A stretch of 64,000 nt of DNA from Lepidodermella squamata (taxonomy: Eukaryota > Animalia > Gastrotricha), in contig JBLDXI010000001.1 of the NCBI GenBank assembly GCA_047495785.1, forward strand, positions 3,658,001 to 3,722,000. Direction: 5' to 3'. Below are positions 32,527 through 46,001 of this stretch, piece after piece (position 1 is the first letter of the stretch; the number at the start of each line of letters is the position of its first letter). A program made the translations under genes and the position numbers. Below the pieces are notes generated by a model. The model did no database searches. It saw only the letters and a list, made by a program, of their open reading frames with translations, and had not been told where the DNA came from.

Positions 32527-34475
32527 TTTAAATAGGGACTTCTTTTCAGCGCCAAATCATTGAATAAAATCACCTGAAAATTAAGCAAAAAAATTCTAAA
32601 ATTATTATATTTTTGAGAAAAATAAACAAATTTGTATTCCGGAAATAATTTTCGATTTCCTGCGAAATTTAGCGCATTCAGGTGATATAAATAGAAAATA
32701 ACAGCTACTATGAAGCCAGACGATTTGAATTAGCGCGACCGGTCATTATTTTCCGGTTATTACTACACAATGAGCGCTGTTGTTTGAGTACCTGTCAGCG
32801 ATTTTTTTTACTGCTATGCGAAAATCGGGATTTGTAGGGCGCCACTATTGATTTTTGTTATTCGACGAAGATGCGGCAAAAAATCAACCATGGCCCTATC
32901 AAATATTTAAATTTACGTTTTTTTCAACTGCGACATAAAAATACAAAATACCACAAAATTAAAAGCCAAGAAAATTATCCAGCAACGAATTTTTCGTTAC
33001 TCAAGAAATAATAAACAGCAGGGTAATTTTGTAAAAAGTGAGGAAAAGCTCAGCTGTCACTTTTCTTTTCTCAAGCCCACTTGTTCATTAAAAAAGTAGG
33101 AAAAGAGGTGTGTATCCAGGGTATTAAAAATTAGTTCGATCACCTAAGACAAGCGTAAACTATAGCGGTGACCCCGCATTTAATTGAATTTAGATCGAAA
33201 AATAGCCTTAAAGTTGCCATAAATTTGCCCAGTTCATGCCGGTCCCGTGCCTCTCGCCTCTAATGTGCAGTAAAAAAATTTGCGATGCGAGCGTAAGGTG
33301 CAATTCAATACTCAGCAAGAAATGATATAGAACGCGGGTAAGAATGAAGGCTAATTAGCACTTCAGTACCAAATATAGGGTGAGCGGGCGGATGCATCTA
33401 AAAACGATAACGTATGCCCGTACATATTACAGTTAGGAACATGTTACTATGAATAGGAAGAGATAATTTTCAATTTTTTTTACGCATAGGTAATATTGAT
33501 ACATAAGACTTTCAAACAAACAAACATTCAAAACAACCACCTAAAATAATAATTTACATCGCAATTTACGGAAAGTTTAAATGAATATATTGACGGTACG
33601 GGAAATAAATAGAAGGGGATTTACAGCGCGGCATATCTAGGACGAAACTAGAGCAAAATATAAAAATTTCCAATTTTTTTCACAAATTTCTTGCGGCATT
33701 TTTTGTCTCGTCCAGTTCTTCGCGCGCGTACTTCAAAAAGGATAAATATTGCGAAGAAGTATGCAATCAATAAACAATTATTATTCGCCAATGTCTATCG
33801 GGCTGTCTTCTCATTATTATTATTATTGCTACCAATCATAATGTAGATGTCTTCGCTTGTTAGAAACCACGTGTGACCGACCATCACCACTTCACAATGT
33901 ATATCGCACTTGGTTTTCGATATATACATTATTCTTATATTATAAATGCCGCAAGTGCTGCATATCGAAAATAATTGGGCGTACTTTGCCGCAGGACCCG
34001 TTTTCATCAAAGAAAGACCCGATCGTTCGATAAAATAACGAGAAAACAACAAACATTTAGCACGTTATGAAATAAAGCACCTATATAACCGGACTTTATT
34101 TACCTATGAAGCGTTCAATTAATAATTAATTTCGCAACAAAAAATTTGCTATTCCTCATGCGGTCAGGAAAACTTCATAAAATTGATATGATAATTTTTT
34201 TACAACTGCCACTTTCAATGAAAACTTGCCTCGATTTTTTTCCGGCTATTCCCAACGGTCCATGCCAATTTTTCCAAACAGCTCCGGGGGTGAGGCGGCC
34301 AAAAAAATAATGCGATAACAACGGGAAAATTCCTCATTATTGCGACACTAGTTTGCATAAAATAAGCATGGTTAAAAAATTGGTATAAAAAACCAATGCA
34401 ATAAAACTTTATTATTATACATTACAAGAAATGAAAATAATTTATCACGAAAAAGAAATTTTTGATTTTTTTTCA

Positions 34476-37400
34476 TCAATTGATTGTCTTCATTTTAACG
34501 GTTTTACTCGCTTTCCGCTTTTCCTGGCAAATCGAGCATGAACAACTGCGGTGGTGGTAGCGGACCGGAACCGGCACGCACACGTAACTGCCCGGCTGGC
34601 TGACCACCGGGCACTTCGCCTCGTCATGCGGCCCGCCGAATGGGCAGCACATAATCGCGCGATAGGTGTCGATATTTTTCGGATTAATCGACAAATTCGG
34701 GTCCTCCGAACATTTGCACTGGTTAGCGCTGCATGCAGACGATGCAGTGCTGTCGCGACGGTTCAGTGAATTGCGGCGCGAAGATTTCGGCTCGGCATTT
34801 GCGACTTTAGCCACGGCGTCTCGTAGATTCGCCTGATTGGCAGCTGGGTCGCTCCGTTCGGCTGTGATGATCAGAGTTTCGTCTCGCGCGACAACTTGCG
34901 GGATCTCTTCGTCGTTCTCGATTCGGGTTAGAGTGTCTTCAATAACGCTGAACTGCAAAGTTCCAGTCTCCCCTAAAAGAAAAATGGAAAAGTTGGAATG
35001 AGATGAGCTAAATTCTAATTTATCCCTAAATTCTAACAAATTCTAAAAAAAGCCAAATCCAAATTTCCAGCTCTTCATGAACTTCATGAAATTGAGCTGC
35101 GACTGCACGCTAGAAACGAGTCAAGCAGTAGGTTTTCTCTCCTTCTCCTCAAATTCTCTCCTCAACTGCCTTAACGCCGCACCGGCTAGGACTCAAGTTT
35201 AACCACTAACCACTATAGCAGGTGACCGGTCGGCTTGAAAGGTCAACCGCAAGAACTCTTCGACCCACTTTGGCCACATCGCCCCGCGGGACGACGTAGG
35301 TTTTCAGTTCTATTTCAAAACGCTGCGCGGCGACATTCACGACTTGCTTGAAAAGCGGTTCAAAGTCTTCTTCGACGACGAGCTCGTCACTCTGGCAAAT
35401 TTTCTCGACCTGTGCCTGCGCCACATGTCCACGGTCTAGCCCGAGCAGGCGAAGGCTATCATAGCGTCGCACCTCGATCTCATCGCCTCGCCCCGGGCCA
35501 GTGCTCAAATCGTGCTGAATCGTCGCCCGAGGACGATTTCTCAGCCAATCGCGTGTCGTGGGGCAACTGCGGGCCCGTCTATGCCTGGTTCCGTAAGCAT
35601 CTCACAACTTCCCCTTTTTCATTCTGCGTTATTTTAACATTTCCATCCCAGCCTCGTTTGCCGAGATCGAGCGCGTTTTTTCGTGTTCATCTTACGACGA
35701 GGCCACTCGGAAGAGCCTAAATTCCGCTAAATTGCCATTGCCGCAGTGGAGTTGGCATTGAGAAGAACGTTTCGATCAGATTTTTTTAGTTTTTATTTGC
35801 TGGTTAACTGTCTCAGGGAAATTTTTCTAAATATAGACCGTGTTATGTGATGCTTGCGTTTGGCGGATTACTGTTACATTCGTTGCGATTCATCCTATTA
35901 TATTATATTGTAATAATTTAAACTATCAACCGCAAGGCTCGCGCGGCCGTTCTTCGTGCCGATTTGGTCAAAGTCGTGGCCGAGGGCCTGCGAGCGAGCG
36001 ACTTCGAACAACCTGTACCAGCGAACGCGATCGTTTTCATCTGTTGAAGGGACTCGACGGTCAAACTCTCGATGCCCAGGTCATACCGGCGATGGTCGAG
36101 GGAGGCGACTTGAAGCTGGCAGGCATGCTGCTGATTTACAGAGCAGACAACAACTCGATGGTGCAGGGTGTAGATCTTATGTTTCGTTCATGTCAGACGC
36201 CGGCCGATTTTGACAAACTTGCTGAAGGAATGGTAGGAAACTCGTTGCCGACCTCGCCGCCACAATGTTTTCGGAACTAAATGAATCAGCCGTTCCGTTG
36301 CTGAGCGTGACAAACGCAGCCGCTGACAATACCACAACCGGCGGCCAGCCTGGGAATCAAGCCAATCAACTTTGATTCTTTAATGAAAATGTCAAGCAAA
36401 GCTGTGAATCTTGCCCCGCAGATCTCGCTATCTTGGCGGTCAGTTTACGAGATTCAGCAACCGAAGTCATCCTGCCCAAGCAGAAAGTATCCGGTAAAAT
36501 AAGTCGACTTTATCTGATCGATGAGAGCCGCACGAGAGCAGCCCAGAGGCAGAGGAGGGAGCTCACCCTTTGTTTTAATTAAATTTGAGGAAAAGGGGAT
36601 GAATACGGATTCGTTTCCTCAGCCTCATACACCTGTTGAAGATTTTCGCCGCCTTCATTCGTCATCGTGCGTTTAGGCGACGTCGCAACAGAACTCAATC
36701 CGCCACACGTAGAAAGCAAAGCATCCAATTGTTTTTCGGCGTGCCAACAAATTTCCAAAAAATGACTAAAAATTTCATCGAAAGTTGCTGAATAAATGAT
36801 TTTTGTTTCTACAGCTAATCTAATTTTCATGAATCTTGGTAATCTAATTTCCCCCGCTATCCTGGACACCGGGTCCCCTATATCCGCCTACCTCCCGAAA
36901 ATACCGCTTGGTTCTATGCCATTCCTGTCACACTCGGCGCCGCCCGTTACGCGCTCTTGTATCGCAGCAGTGAAAAGTGTTTCGGAATGGATGGCTCCTC
37001 GTGCGGAAGTTTATAAAGGAAATAGGATTGGCTGAACGGAAATCTCACGAAAAATTGTCAAATAAATCAAACGGAGCAGGTGAGACCCCCTATGCATTTT
37101 CAAAATTCTCAAAATTACAGGTACGAACCGCAGCAAGTGGCAGCTGGTGTGCCTTCGGATGTGCCTTCGACAGCGTCGATGGTACTGTTGCATGGTCAAC
37201 AGGCGTGGCCGCAACCTGGGTCACAAAAGGATTATTTGCCGCAGGCGATTAGGCTAGTGCCACGTGGCGTCGCTGTAAGCATGAATGGCGCAGCTTCCAG
37301 CGTATAAATATGCGCCAATTATGATCATTCGGTGCTCGTTACTGGCTGATAGTGTACCAATAAAGCGGTCATTACAGCTCATTGAAGAGTGGAATAAACT

Positions 37401-37690
37401 TCCTATCAAAGTTTTCCCGCAGCGTACAAACATTAATCTATTCAAGCGTGAAATTAACGCTCTAGGCCAGCCACATGATCGCTCAAACAAAGGCTGAACA
37501 TTGTTTTGTAAATAAAAAAAAAGTGTAATCCCTTGTTTTGTTATTATCGTATCCCCGTCAACGAGCGATTGAGCTTAGGTTTTCAGCTTTATCTCGTTCG
37601 AAATGATTATTCCTAAAGAAATTTAGTTCACTAACCTGAATGCTCGTAATCTGATCCTCTTCGTTGCTGACTTTCCTTGTAAATTTTCAT
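34476..37690 (-). CDS. Hypothetical protein with Cys/His-rich C-terminus; exons 37690-37636 and 34972-34476
   Basis: 55-nt exon MKIYKESQQRRGSDYEHS with phase-1 donor matches the phase-1 acceptor at 34973; the first exon is inferred. Confidence 0.5.
35220..35760 (+). mobile_element. hAT-like transposase relic
   Basis: Plus frame YFKTLRGDIHDLLEKRFKVFFDDELVTLANFLDLCLR..*PEQAKAII resembles the hAT KRF...LATFLDPRFK segment; later AWF|PRL... resembles the dimerisation-domain start; stops and shifts present. Confidence 0.45.
37100..37525 (+). mobile_element. 3' end of a non-LTR retrotransposon (CR1/L2/Jockey-group-like)
   Basis: EEWNKLPIKVFPQRTNINLFKREIN matches the WN.LP..VFP....FK..VN ORF2 terminus; followed by aataaaaaaaaa at 37511-37522. 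Confidence 0.65.
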
Positions 37691-37780
37691 CGCATTGTCG
37701 CTTAAAGTCATTACTTGTTCCAACCGCCTTAAATCATGGATAGAAATATTAAAAACATAATTGAAAAAAATAAAACAAAA

Positions 37781-39609
37781 TTACGTTTTTAACTCGGCAA
37801 TCGGATTTTCAGCCTCAATTTCGCCACAGTCGTCCAGAAAATCCGACCATCGCTCCTGAACGTGAGACTTCACAAACTGATTAATCGCCCCGATATTTCG
37901 CTCAAGCTGCTCCCGCTTGCCGATTTCGGCAGCCAATTCTTTCCGACTCTCCGCCAATTGAGCCTGACTAATACCCAAATGCTGCTCCAACGTTCGAACA
38001 GCTTGTTCCAAATGCTTTCGACTATCACTTTCTTTGACCAAGGCGTCATTCAGCCGCTTCATTTCCTCCTTCAACAAGTTCAATTCGTTCGATTCCGCAA
38101 TTTGAGGCCGCTCGCTTTCACGAATCGCGTCGGCTAACGAGCAAGTCCCCATGCCAGAATCAGGCTCGTTCTGTTTTTCAGCCCCAAACATCTCACCAGC
38201 CCTGTTGATGAGCTCATCCTTCTCCGAAATCGATACTCTTCGGCTCGATTTTGAACAGCTCGTAGTTTTCGAAGTCTGCGAAGAAACAGATCCAGTTCGG
38301 TGCCTGTTTGCAACCTCACTCAAGAAATCTGGGTCTATAGCCGGTATCGTAGGCTGGGGCGATGGCGATGTTGAGAAGGTCAAAACGTTTATATGATCTT
38401 GTTTTTTCGGTTTTTCACTCTGAACTTCCGGCAATCCTAAGCTTCTGAGTAAGGAAGTTGGTAGGGACGTCTTCCTCACCCCAGCGTTACAAAACGAATT
38501 GAATAAAGGATCTTCAATTTTGTTGAGATTGTAACTAGGCGGGATTGTTAGGTAACTTTCCCTCAATTTCCCGAGTCTTAGCAAATGGCCCTGTTTCGAT
38601 TTTAGGTCGATAACCGCGGAAACTAATCCTTCGAACGCGGTTACGAATTGCCGGGCTAATATCGCAGTTTGGTTATTGTTCGCGCCCTGTAGTAGGCCGG
38701 TGTTTAAGGAGGATGAGATTTTTCGAGACCGAATCGCCTTAAAAGCGGTCATAGTCGGTGATTCGAGGGCGGATTTCAGCAACTTAGCGACTTCTAAACA
38801 ACTGCGGTTGAAGCATTCCACGTGTTGAACAGGTAGATTCGACCACATTCGAGCGGCATACAGGCAGTAGGCGATTATATGGTACTGGGCGTTGTCCTGC
38901 TGGGACAGATCGGTTAGGGCGTCCGTTGATAACAGGCAACAGTCGAGAGAGACGAAAAACGAGTCGATGAACGTCGATAGAAGTTCGACTAAAATTGTAC
39001 GCAAATTTTTAATTTTTAATTTTTAGAATTTCAAAAAAAATTATTTTAGAAACGGAGACTATTCTCATAATACCAAATATTAGAAAAACCAAAACCTGAA
39101 CTAAAATTGTCAATATTTAAAAAATTAAAATTTTCCGAATTTTATTAAACTTTATACAATATTTTCGGCTAAGATTATTACCTATTATTTGATTTTATCG
39201 AGAATAATTTTATTTTTGGTACCAAAATATTTTAACAAAATGAGAAAAACTTACCGAAAGTTGGTAGCGAACAATTGAAACGCTCGCTTGGTTTGCTTTT
39301 GCTTGAACTCGACAGAAAACTGACATTGACTGGCAGCGTTTTAGGCAAGTCAGGCAACAGCTTCGGATCGGCCAGAACCGTCAAATTTTTCACCTTCCGC
39401 AGAAATGACGGAAAAGTATTCGATTGAAACTGCTTCGTCTGCGCGCCGGGGAGTAAGGCGAAAGAATCCAGCCATGAAGCATGGACTACTTTCACGAAGG
39501 CAAAACTGACACCGGCTAGTGTTTTCAGGGAAGAATGAACCAGAGTGACAAAAGTTGGGTCGATTTCCGTGAACAAATCGTTGATAGTTTCATTGCCAGA
39601 ACAACTCAT
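37781..39609 (-). CDS. Hypothetical protein with C-terminal coiled coil; exons 39609-39255 and 38988-37781
   Basis: Two long ORFs joined by a phase-1 GT-AG intron (PTF|VELL); heptad-rich C-terminus. Confidence 0.75.
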
Positions 39610-40008
39610 TTTCTTGGTGTAAAATAAGCACTCGAATTTTTGAAGGTAATAAAATCATGAAATGACTCACTTTCGAGAAAAAATTCACCCTCAGCCATTC
39701 GCGGGTTGGAAAAATCTCGCGAGGAGACATCACGCAATATATTTAGGGTAAGGATGATTAATCAGGGTACGGAATAATTTTATGAAAAATGTGCGACTAG
39801 TTTCCTGTTTTTTCCCAACAATGATTGAATTTTCGCGTGAGTGTTTACACCTTTTGTTTACGGCGCAACAACTCACGATTTCCGGTCGGTGCAAGGCAAT
39901 CACAACGCGGCCGCTAAACACTTCGCACTGAAATCGAGAGCAATTTCGGACTCAAAATTTTATTCACATGCAAAAAAATTCAGAAAAAAGCCTCATAAAA
40001 TAGTAGAG

Positions 40009-40564
40009 TTAGAAAGGCTTAACATCAGGCTCAACTGGACTGCCACCTGCATGAACCTGAATTTTCAAAAATTAGGAAAAATTATTTTTTCCATAAAAAC
40101 GGAAATACCACGTTAGCGAGGGCTAACCAGCGGCTGATCGAGTTGTGCAAGGGGTCTGCGGCGAGGCCCTTCAACGGGGCGTAATCAACGTGCCACGAGA
40201 TCATTTTTCGCTTTGAATTCTCTTTCGCTCCCAACTTTAAGTCTTTAGCTTCAAATTGGTTCGAATTCGGCTCATCTTCCTGCGATTCGTCACCCTCTTC
40301 ATCTGACTCTTCACGCTTGACTGGTTCCGGCTTTTTCGCCACCAGTTTTTCAAACTCAGGGGCTTTCAGGGCTTCGTAGCCTTGCGGGAGTTCAAACGGA
40401 AGCCCGACCAATTTTCGGCCTCGAAACGAGGCTATCAGCTCCGAACTTCCCGGGGTCGAATCATTTTTACTGATGATGAATCGGCTCGAAATCGGAGCTG
40501 GGCCATCGTAAGAAATTACGCACGGCAAATGATGGACATATTCTTCCGAATCGACTTCAGCCAT
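40009..40564 (-). CDS. RNASEH2C: Ribonuclease H2 subunit C; exons 40564-40109 and 40056-40009
   Basis: HHLPCVISYDGPAPISSRF, ASFRGRKLVG, LPQGY, W..D..P and WLALANV|VH motifs; 52-nt intron. Confidence 0.85.
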
Positions 40565-41779
40565 ATTTCAAATTAAACCTATTTTAGAATCAGTTTTTTT
40601 ATTCCAAAAAACGATTTTTTTTATCCCTCAATAATTTACAATAAAATTCGGAAGGAGGCTAAATATTCGGGTGGTTTTTCACAGATCGAAACACCGATTG
40701 AGAGACGAGATAATTCAAACAATTTCAAGACTGATTATTCGTTTCGAAAAAAATTCGTTCTTGCTTTGAGATCACAGAACGCACAGCAGAGTTAGGAGCC
40801 AATAAACAACAGTAGTTCGATTTCAGATAGGAGATAGGTATTTCAAGGTAAATATGGAAAACTACGAGATCTTTTTTCTATATCACAACATCATGCTGTT
40901 GATTCACTCATCGCTAAAAATCTACAACAAAACCGACTAGTTTTGGTAGGTTTTCCAATCACATCACAAAATATCGGCAAAAATTCGGAATTTCAGGTCA
41001 TTAGTTTAACACTTTTCAAACACATTATCAAAAACGGCACAATGAGAATGTTATTAAATATCCATAACAATTATATCGAAAAAATGGCACGAAATGAGCA
41101 CATGTTTCCGGGTACAACTTCCCGTTTTTCTTAGAACGGAAATAGATAGCCCAAAAAATTTGGAGTCAAATTGAAATAAAATTGAATACACAACTTAGTA
41201 CATTAAAATCGATCAAAATTAAACTAATAGTAATATGAAAAAAGAAGGACAACCAGGAAATGCAGTTATTACTATAATGCTGTCGAAATTGATCGCTTCA
41301 TCCTGCACAAACCAAGTCCATTATTATTACATTTTACGAGAGATCCATCGCTAAATTTCATTTTTGAGCATCATCGCACTAAGTTTTTCTCGTCTATGCA
41401 AATGCGATACAAATTTTCTCGCGAGACACGAGTAAACAAAAATCGATGAATGATGAAATGCGTGCAAAATTGGCTGACGGGCCGGATAAATAATGTTTTC
41501 ACAATCGGTAAACAATATTAATTTGCTGAGTTCAATAAGTTAGTTCAGATGAATGCGTAAAATTGCAGATGAAATGAGAAGATAAAGCTGAGTGAAATGA
41601 AATAAATCAAGCAAACGAGACATGCTAACCTTCGAGTTAAGTTGCTTGAAAGATATATGATAGGTACATTTTTTGCGAGTTTCAAAGGATTTTGAACCTG
41701 TTTTGCATATTTCACTCAGTCATAATAATTTATAGCCAGCAAAGAAATAGCAGGAATACAAGAGTCAGGAAAAATTCCA

Positions 41780-44274
41780 TCAAGGTTTAGACCTGAGGCT
41801 AGGCGGTGGGGCCAAGTTTAGCCGGCGTTCCATCAGGGCCCTTCGATGCGGGGGCGGTGGGTTAGTCGAGGGCGGCCTCGGCGCATGGGAGGAATTGTCT
41901 GAATTTTGCTCATTTTTCTTCTCACTCTTATTGCTAGTAACATTGTTATCGAGAACAGTCAGATTTTGCGCCGGAATTAAGGTGGCTGAAGTCACAGTGC
42001 TCGACGTCATAGGCGGCGGTGAGTGGGATGATTTTGAAGAAGCAGCAGCAGCAGCAGCACCTTTTTGATGTAGGAAAGTCGAAGTCACATCACAATGCGA
42101 CGAAATCTGCGACGCCTGAGACATCGACGGCCTCAGCGCCATTAAGCTACTCAAAATCGAGGGGTGAGGCGGCGGCAGGCTTGCCTCACTTTTTTGACTG
42201 GCAGTCGATAGTCGGGTGTGACTCGCACTCCTCGGCCGCCTACTGCCGCCAGCCCCAAGCCACTGATGCTTTTGGAAACCGGAAAACGACGTCCTATCAG
42301 CGCTTTTAATTTTCGGCTGAGGATTCGCTAAAATCTGGGGCGATGATAACTTCCGGGCATTGGCAGATTTTTTACTACTCGATATCTTGTCGTCCTCCTC
42401 CATCAAATCGCCAGCGTTTGGTATTAGGTCCTCCTCGTCTAAATCCGGCGGAACTTCAGTCGCGCCTCTTAAATGGTGCTGCATCAAGCCAGCGGTTGAA
42501 AACTGCCCCGAGTAGCCTAAATCCTGGGTCAGTAAAGCCATTGCCGGCGGCGTGTGAGTCCGGCTTATCGTTCCGAGGGCCATAGCGCTGCTCCGCGGCA
42601 GATATGCGCTGACTTTCGTACTCGGCTGGTTGGTGGTGTTGAGCACCATCGGCTGTTGGCTGATGACAATTCCGGTTTCGGCGCTTTGTACTGCGTTGTG
42701 ATTGTTGTGATTATTGTTGTTGTTATTCGTATTTGGAGTGGGTGGCAGTGCAGCATTCATATGCATCAACGAACTCGGGCGAGATGAAATATCGCTTTGC
42801 TGAAAAAACAAACAGTAGAAATGTAAACATACGGAAAAATACGCTTTTATATCAAATATATTTAGCATAAAATTGTGAAAAATCTCGAATAAAAAATTGA
42901 AAAATTTACCAAAAATGAATTTTCTGATTACAGCGATCATAGTAAATTTTTCAAATGCTGGAGGAGAAGTTTCAATGGAATTATATCCATAATCCAGCTT
43001 GCACGCAAAATTATAGCGTCATATTATAAAATTCCTCAGTTTATCAATATTTCTACTATTTACATTCTGCGTCTCTCACACTCATGCAAATTTCATGGCA
43101 ACAAAATTGTAACGCCATCATTGAAAGGTAGGGTCCTAAAATGGCTGATTACAACAAAAAGTTGATTAATTCAGCCATTATGTATTATAAAAATATAACG
43201 AGATATTTCGATTTGATCTTTAAAACTAACCTCGATATCTTCAGAAAGAGACCATTCCAAAGCAGCAGGTGAAGTGATGCGAAGGGCTTTCAAAAATTGA
43301 CTTCGAATGAACACATAATCAGGCGATTCAGCGTATCCCAACGATTTAATGTGCGTTAAAACGTCCCGCATCAGCGTGACAGCCGATTCGCCTAGTGGTT
43401 TCAGCCAACTGATAAACAACTCGCCCGTCGACTCGTTAATATGCGTCATTTTCGCCTCGAGAACTTGGTCCTTATCACGCAGCCGTTTCCACGGTAAATT
43501 TCCAGTTGCGAGTTCAACGAGGCTGAATAGCAGTGACCACAAATCGTCGACTCGGCCGAGATCGCGGTTCCGATGAGCGGCAGGAGATGCGTAACGGACC
43601 GTCCCACGAAATCCGGCGACAGAACGGGCAGGCCGAACAGATGAGCCATCGTCGGACAAGAAATTTCGAGCCAGACCAAAGTCGAATATGTACAGCGACC
43701 GAGTATAGCCCTAAAATAGCGAAAAATATGGGGGTTTAAAAATAGGAAAAATCCACCTTAAAATTTCAATATTTGTTGAAAATTCAGATTTTTTGGATGA
43801 ACTTACGTCGAATTCGCCTGTCGGTGGGCCCATAGCAAAATTTGATGGTTTGATATCGCGATGTAGAAATCCAGCTTGATGAACGTCACGAATCGCGTCC
43901 AGCATTTGTAGCCCGAGCCTAATGACCGTTTTCGGCCGAAAATGCTGGTCAGGCGCCGCTCGCCGCAAATCAGCCAACGACCGGCCGAGCAGGGTCATTA
44001 TCAAGTAACTGAAAGTCTCATTTCGCCCACATCCGACTAGGTTGCAGACATGCGGCCGGCCTTGCAGTTTTTTCAAAACGGCGACCTCCATTTTGAGCAC
44101 CTGTTTCGCGGCTTTTGTCGACTCGAGTTTTAGAGCGAATCGCTCCTGAGTTGCGATTTCTTCCACCTCGTAAATTTCGCCGAACCCACCGCCGCCGATT
44201 TTCGAAACAGTCCGCCATCGATCTTTTATAACAGTTCCATCTGCGAGAAGTCGCTGCTCACTTTGCGAAGACAT
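41780..44274 (-). CDS. TTBK: Tau-tubulin kinase-like (CK1 group); exons 44274-43807, 43710-43231, 42799-41780
   Basis: [68 protein letters not shown]; low-complexity tail. Confidence 0.9.
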
Positions 44275-44468
44275 TTTTCGTCGTCACTAGAAATCAGATG
44301 ATGTATCGATTTCTCACTACATTTTGTTGTTATCATCACGCGTAAAAAAGTCTAAATAAAAAAAACGGAAAAATTATCTCTCATCTTAGATTTTCATTCT
44401 TTTCAAGAAAAACACCAGCACGCGACGCATCGGGTTATTTTTTTCAACATGCGAGACAAAATACGAGT

Positions 44469-45559
44469 TTAGATTTTGTTGAAGGCGGCGATGTCGACGC
44501 TCTGAACGTAGTCCTCGAAGTTGGTGATCTGCTCAGAGAGCGCATCGATCGACACCTTGTCGTCCTCGACGACGAGCTGGATTTGCAGCTTCTTGATGCC
44601 GAAAGCCACGGGGATGAAGCGAGAGGCGCCCCAGATGAGACCGTCCATCTGGATCGAGCGGACGGCTTCCTCGAGTTTCGCCAGGTCGGTTTCGTCGTCC
44701 CAGGGCTTGACTTCGAGGACGACCGAGGACTTGGCGATGATCGCCGGCTTCTTGCTCTTGCGCTCTTCGTACTCCTTCAGACGCTGCGCCTTCACCTTTT
44801 CCGCTTCCTCATCGACTGGCTCCTAAGAAAATTAGAAAAATTTCTCATGTAAAACATTTACCTTCATAAAAATTCCAAAGGAAACTTGAGAAAAATAGAC
44901 TTAAAATGATATGAATTTTTCCCACCCGAATTAGGAAATTAAACAAATGATAGGAGAAAATCATGGAAGCCATGAGATTATAGTGACAATCTAGGTGTGT
45001 GCATCATTTGCGCCTAGATTCAAAGTTTTACGATAATGCCACGCAAAACGAACTAATCACGCTTAATTGATGTCAGTCTTGCCCTCGGCGAAGCACCCGA
45101 GCTAAATCCACTTGCTCTCTTCTAGACCAGACAATCAATACATAACTCAATTTCTAGGCAAAATGAACTCGCCTAATGAAAGTCGACAATGAAGAAAATT
45201 CGATCAATTATTAGAAATATTTTTGGAAAAAGTGTCCTCAAAATTAAATGTTGTGGATGTTCACAAAACTCTAGAAAAAGACATCTCAATTTCTGATATG
45301 TCTCGTAAAATAGCTCTTTTCCAATTAATCCGCTCATTTTCAATTTGTTTCATGTTATTTTTACATCGAAATGGCAAAAATGAGAGCTTACATCGCCGAA
45401 GAGGTCGATATCGTCATCGGCAGCGGCGGGTTTCTTCTCCTCGACCTTCTTCTCTTCCTTCTTGCCCTTGCCCTTGCCGGCGTCGTGCGCATCGTGGTGG
45501 GCGCCACCGATGGTGAAGATGGGCTCAGTACCGTACAGTTGTTCAATGGTCAGAGTCAT
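44469..45559 (-). CDS. EEF1B: Elongation factor 1B (beta/delta-type GEF subunit); exons 45559-45392 and 44822-44469
   Basis: [55 protein letters not shown]; strongly biased codons. Confidence 0.9.
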
Positions 45560-45770
45560 TTTCGATTAATTTATATTAATTAAACCGGTAAGTTTAAAGC
45601 AAGGGCTATACAAAAAAATAGAAAAAGTAAATTTCAGGTAAAAATAGAGATAAAAACGAATTATTTATTCGAACGATAAGACATAAGAAAGAAAGGGCGT
45701 ATTTTTCACTGGCAGACATCATGGAATGTAAGAGAACGGATTTTGCGGAGAATTGCAAAATTTTCAAAGA

Positions 45771-46001
45771 CTAGAGTTGCAGCTCATCGGCCCGCGACCT
45801 GCCGCGCTGAGGCCGGCCGCCGCGGCCCCGCTGCGCCCACGCCGGGCCTCCGCCCCGTCCGCCGCGTTGCTGCGCCCAGAAGCGGCGCTGTTGCATGGCA
45901 ACGACGCGCGGGTCGGGCGGGATGTTACCTGTTGCGACACGTTCGACGCACTCCTCAAGAATGCTGCCGACGATGATTCCGTTCTGCCGAACGCAGTCCA
46001 T
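45771..46001 (-). CDS. Small (76 aa) RGG-rich hypothetical protein
   Basis: GC-rich island bounded by AT-rich DNA; ttatcAG acceptor 8 nt before ATG. Confidence 0.45.
   Translation of the reverse strand: MDCVRQNGIIVGSILEECVERVATGNIPPDPRVVAMQQRRFWAQQRGGRGGGPAWAQRGRGGRPQRGRSRADELQL

Noticed and set aside
35206-35508. 100-aa minus-strand ORF
   Set aside because: Shadow of the plus-strand hAT-like relic
45000-45050. Similarity to the U4 snRNA 5' end on the minus strand
   Set aside because: The match is short; no 3' domain or convincing Sm site
45722-45742. miR-1-like sequence tggaatgtaa on the plus strand
   Set aside because: No pre-miRNA hairpin; the 3' part diverges; better read as a target site on the minus strand
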